Source: the human T2T-CHM13v2.0 reference genome, Homo sapiens. From it: DNA of 64,000 nucleotides. The stretch's first letter is position 1, and each line of letters opens with the position of its first letter. This document shows positions 59,859 to 64,000 of the stretch, one piece after another. Where the stretch lies: NCBI RefSeq assembly GCF_009914755.1, contig NC_060942.1. One strand, written 5' to 3'. The notes below the pieces were generated by a model that ran no database searches, had not been told where the DNA came from, and was given only the letters and a program-made list of their open reading frames with translations. Both the position numbers and the translations under genes were made by a program.

Positions 59859-60309
59859 GTGAAAGGAATGAGAGAGGAAATGGGGAGCTTTGGGTCAAAG
59901 GATGAAAAATAGCAGATACATTGAATGAACAAGTTTAGAGGTCTAATATAAAATATGAGGACTAAAGTTAATAACATTTTATTGTATTAGAGAATTTTGT
60001 TGAATAAAGAGATTTTAGCTGCTTTTGTCACAAAAAAGCAACTGTGATATGATCGCTGTGTTAATCAGCTTCACTATAGTAACCATTTTACTATCTATAT
60101 GTGTCTCAATTACATCGTGTTGTAAATCTCAAATATACACAATAAAATTTATTTTTAAATATTTTTATGTAGATTATTCATACGATAATATATACATCAC
60201 AGTGACAGCCCAAAATCTGCCAATATTTATTTTTTCAGCCTGCTTGGTAGTAGAACTCTGATTTTGATCTTTGCATATGGTAAATGGTAAATTTACCATA
60301 TTTACCAGC

Positions 60310-60670
60310 TTTCCTTTTAGCTAAGGAATTAACTTCTGGCCAATAGGTTTCTAAGAGTATTGCCCTATAATTGAGGGCACATGCTTTTCTTTTTCTTTTC
60401 TTACTTTCTGTTGGTTAAAGTGCAGATATAATGGCTGGATCTAGAGCAGCAATTCTGGTCCATGAGATGACATTTTGGCATGGAGGCCTAAATGGAGGTT
60501 AACAAGATAGAGAATTTGAGTCTCTGACATCGTGTAATACCATGCCTGCGCTGAATCACCTAATTCTGAATTTCTCTGGGAGATAATAATAAGCTTCTAA
60601 CTTATTTAAGTCACTTCTGTTTTAGTTTTGTTTTCTATTATTTACAGCTAAGTCTAAACCTATTAATATA
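60310..60670 (+). mobile_element. Old MLT1 (J-like) LTR
   Basis: gcagatataatggctggatctagagcagcaattctggtccatgag...cttatttaagtcact...cagctaagtctaaacc. Confidence 0.65.
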
Positions 60671-62275
60671 TTATTTTATCATCATTTCTTAAAGATAAAG
60701 CGTATCCTATATCTGTTCATTTCATTAAGTGATGCTCTAATCCATTAAACCTAATGACATACATTAACTCTCAAGTTACATTATTATGAATTTATTTCTA
60801 GTATCCTCTGGGCAATGATTAATGCAATGTAAGAGGCATTCTTGATGTATTGATAATAGATTTATATAAAGAACGACCAAGATAGCTTGCATTTCTCATT
60901 GGGCGCTTCCTACGGTGCTTACCTTAATTAACTTCATGACAAGAAAACCTCTCCAAGATTTTGTTTTTCCATGTTTTCCCATGTTTCCCATGTTTTTAAA
61001 CATGAACACTGAGGACAAGGATTCTCATTACATCAGCCAAGGATTTTAACTTAGGCCTCTTTAAAGCCAATGTTATATGTCATTGCATATAAAAGATGCA
61101 AATGTTCTTTAAAGTGGCAAGACAAGAATAAATAAATGTAAAGCAATAGATAAATTAATATGTACTACAAGAAAAGCCCAAAGTGCTATGGAAATCCTAA
61201 AGTGAAAGAGATCCAGTTCTAAGGAACAACTATTAACTCTTACCATTTTCTAATTTTTTATTTGAAGTAGCTCAACTTATCATACACAAAGGCCTTTAGA
61301 TACTTCAGTCTTGCTATAAAATCAATTTTATTATAAAATTCCTCTTTTTTGAAAAAATGTTTTCTATTCTTTAAAGAAGACATCTTTAGCGTCCCAAAAT
61401 GACTAATAATATATTTTTTATTCTTCATGTTTCTAATGTATCAGAGGTTGATGTCTAGAAACAGGGACCAAATATACATGATACCTTTCTTAGCTAATTG
61501 TCAGTGCATTACTAAACCACAAATCTTCCTGCAAGGCTATCTAAATTCCATGAAATCATGAAATTCTCTATATAATTAATAATACTAGATTGAATGGTTT
61601 GTAGTCAAGTAATTCCTAAATCTCATTCAAAAGAAAGAACATTTATCATTGCTCCTAAAGAATGGAATTGCTGTTTAGGCAAGTGTATAAGTGTCTTTCC
61701 CATTAGCAGTGGCATGTAATACATTTGCTTGACTATAGAAAATAAACAAGTTTCCATTTATATTATGCTTAAAAGGCATAAAACCTACTCCCCAAAACGT
61801 TGTGAACTGTTTACTGTTTTAGAGATTCATTAACTCTTTCATGAAAATAAATTAGGATATTAAAGATCTCTTTATATGTATTTTGGCCCTCAAATAGCCT
61901 CTATTACTCTAAAAACTTTCAGAAACGTTTCAACATGTGAATTATGTTTATTCCTCAGGGCACTCATTTCTTTGAGATTCAGGTTTATTTTCTTGACTCA
62001 TTTTGGAAAGCCAATTTCAATCTGCTTCTTAAATTACAAATCAGAAAAGAATTGGTTTATTTATAGCAGATATATTAACTGTCTCATAGTACTACTGATT
62101 ATGCATACATTAAAATTATTTACCTTAACATCCAACATTAAAGAAACTGTCGTTAGTAAAGTCAAACTCAGAAGAAGAAGCAATGAGTACTGCAACAAAA
62201 GAATTGCTGGAATGACCCTTTCAATTTTCAAATCTGCAGATTATTCAAGAGCAAGATTTCCACCCAAATGCACTG

Positions 62276-62401
62276 TTAACATTTTAATTCACATACCGAC
62301 AATCCAATTTCTGTACATTTTATAATATTCACCTAACATTAACATTTTAATTCACATACTGACTATCCAATTTCTGTAAATTTTATAGTATTCACATTAC
62401 A
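62276..62401. repeat. 63-bp tandem duplication
   Basis: ttaacattttaattcacatac.gac.atccaatttctgta.attttata.tattcac at 62276 and 62339, about 6 mismatches. Confidence 0.9.
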
Positions 62402-63793
62402 TTAATTATTTAAAATGATCAATTTAATTTGTTGCCACTTCCAAGTCTACAATAACATCATTGGTATACTCCATTCCCAAGTGAGACTGTTACAGGAAAA
62501 TTGTTTATGTAACGCAGACATCAACTCTCTATTCCTCATATAACTGAATACATTTGGCAAGAATCTGATTCTGTATCCTCTACTAGTTCAAAATTTCCAC
62601 CGATGACTGTGAGTTGCTACAGAATACTTCCTTATGTGTCTATCTGCTTCCACACATCTAAATCTTTAAAATTTTCACTGTTTTCGTACTTTGTTCTCTT
62701 CAGCTCTTGCTTTCTGTCCTCACGGATTATCAAGGTGTTTTTAACCTTCCAAATGGAAATATATCAGCTATTATTATCACAACATTCCCCCAAAATGCTT
62801 CATTTAAGCTTTATGTTATATATATAATCAATTAACAATTAGGGTGTACCTATCCTGTGTTATTATTTGTAAGGAAGGTACTAAGATATTTGTTATCATT
62901 TAATATTTCAACATGTCAAGGTTACTGTTCAGAGGTAAGAACCATCTGTTGCTGCACAATGGACAAGCTCAAGCCAAGAGGAAGACACCAATGCATGCAG
63001 CACAGTTTCTATCCAGCCTGGCTCATAGTCTATCTCTGTTCCCGAGCCCATATTACAGCAGTTGCCCAACTATTCGATCATCTCAATCCTTAGGTGATAT
63101 TCTCAATTGTAACAGTTCTTTCCATCATGAGAAAAATAATGATTTTATGCGGAAATCATCGGTAAATGTATCGGTAAATACAAGCTCAACATCCCCAACT
63201 CCTAAACATCCTTCCACTTCTAAGTAATTGCATAGTGCATCTCTGCTTCCTACTTCCTTTATCTCTCTACTTAAAGTGCTCTCCATTCATCTGCAGTCCT
63301 CTGCTCCCTCTTTCTCTTGTACACATTTCTTTTGTCTCTTGCTTAGAACTTTCCCTTAAATGCATTTAAATCCCTAAGGTCAAAGGGTTCAGTGATGATC
63401 ATCCTCAAAAGGCCAAACTCACCTCTGATTGGTAACTACAATTGGGATCATCAAAATCTAGTAGATGAGAACACTTTCTTAGTTCCCTATTTTCTGCAAG
63501 ATCCAGGTCAAACAATTCATCAAGTCCTCCTGAATTTACTTTTACAAACATTATCCTATTTCTTCCTTCCTTTTCAATGCTCCTCTCCATTTATCTCTCT
63601 GGTTCAGGATGTGCTGTCATCTTCTCCTACATTATTTTAGCAGCCTCTTAAATTGGCCCCCTGTGTTGGCCCTGAAACCCTGCCTTTGCACACTCTCATT
63701 GCAGTTAGAAACATTACTCTTAAATGTCATTATCTTGCTTATAAGTCATCAATGGTTGATCAAAGCCTGCAGGAGAATGTCGAACACGCCATA

Positions 63794-64000
63794 TGATATG
63801 GTTTGACTCTGTGTCCCCACCCAAATCTCATCTTGAATTATAATAATCTCCACATGTCAAAGGCAGGACCAGGTGGAGACAATTGAATCATGGGGGCAGT
63901 TTCCCCCATGCTTTTCCTGTGGTAGTGAGTAAGTTCTCACGAGATCTGATGGTTTATAGTGGGCTCTTCCCACTTCTCTCGACACTCATTCTCACTCCAG
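63794..64000 (+). mobile_element. THE1 LTR (runs off the window end)
   Basis: tgatatggtttgactctgtgtccccacccaaatctcatcttgaatt...gaatcatgggggcagtttccccc...ctcacgagatctgatggttt. Confidence 0.92.

Larger units (their letters stand above)
52610..60155 (+). mobile_element. Near-full-length decayed L1M (L1MA5-like): 5'UTR, ORF1, ORF2 and 3'UTR
   Basis: GC-richer 5'UTR at about 52.6-53.8 kb. ORF1 remnants (SEKEFKITILRKL, gcagaaactttgcaagccagaagagaatggg). Endonuclease remnants (NTIIVGDF, EYTFFSSVHGT). RT remnant ([17 protein letters not shown]). 3'UTR ends cactatagtaaccatttt...caataaaattta. Many stops and frameshifts. Confidence 0.88.

Noticed and set aside
61876-62325. 149-aa ORF
   Set aside because: AT-rich composition, no recognisable domain, and it ends inside a tandem duplication. 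Likely a chance frame.
62276-62401. 63-bp and other short direct repeats (17760-17799, 40087-40117) as a CRISPR-like array
   Set aside because: Only two copies each, no spacer architecture, and a eukaryotic context. These are ordinary tandem duplications.

Overview
AT-rich primate genomic DNA, most likely human or another great ape (AluY, L1PA2-type L1, THE1/MST/MLT LTRs). It looks intergenic or deep intronic. I cannot support any protein-coding gene, rRNA, tRNA or CRISPR array. The long ORFs in the track are L1 ORF1/ORF2 remnants, Alu read-throughs or chance frames. Roughly half the window is interspersed repeat: about 15 Alus or Alu fragments, a near-full-length old L1 (about 52.6-60.2 kb), two twin-primed (5'-inverted) young L1s, many MaLR solo LTRs with 5-bp TSDs, and DNA-transposon fossils. 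I found no convincing new biological system. The most notable signals are: a templated insertion near 40.0 kb whose sequence matches a site 3.2 kb away and carries a strand-switch signature; an ultra-short L1 insertion inside an MSTA LTR; a recursive-splice-site or 3-nt micro-exon motif; a strong CTCF-like motif; CpG-retaining unique islands that may be lncRNA exons or constrained elements; and a 450-bp palindromic TA-rich expansion. Repeat subfamily names come from recalled consensus sequences and need RepeatMasker/Dfam confirmation. Boundaries without a TSD are approximate.
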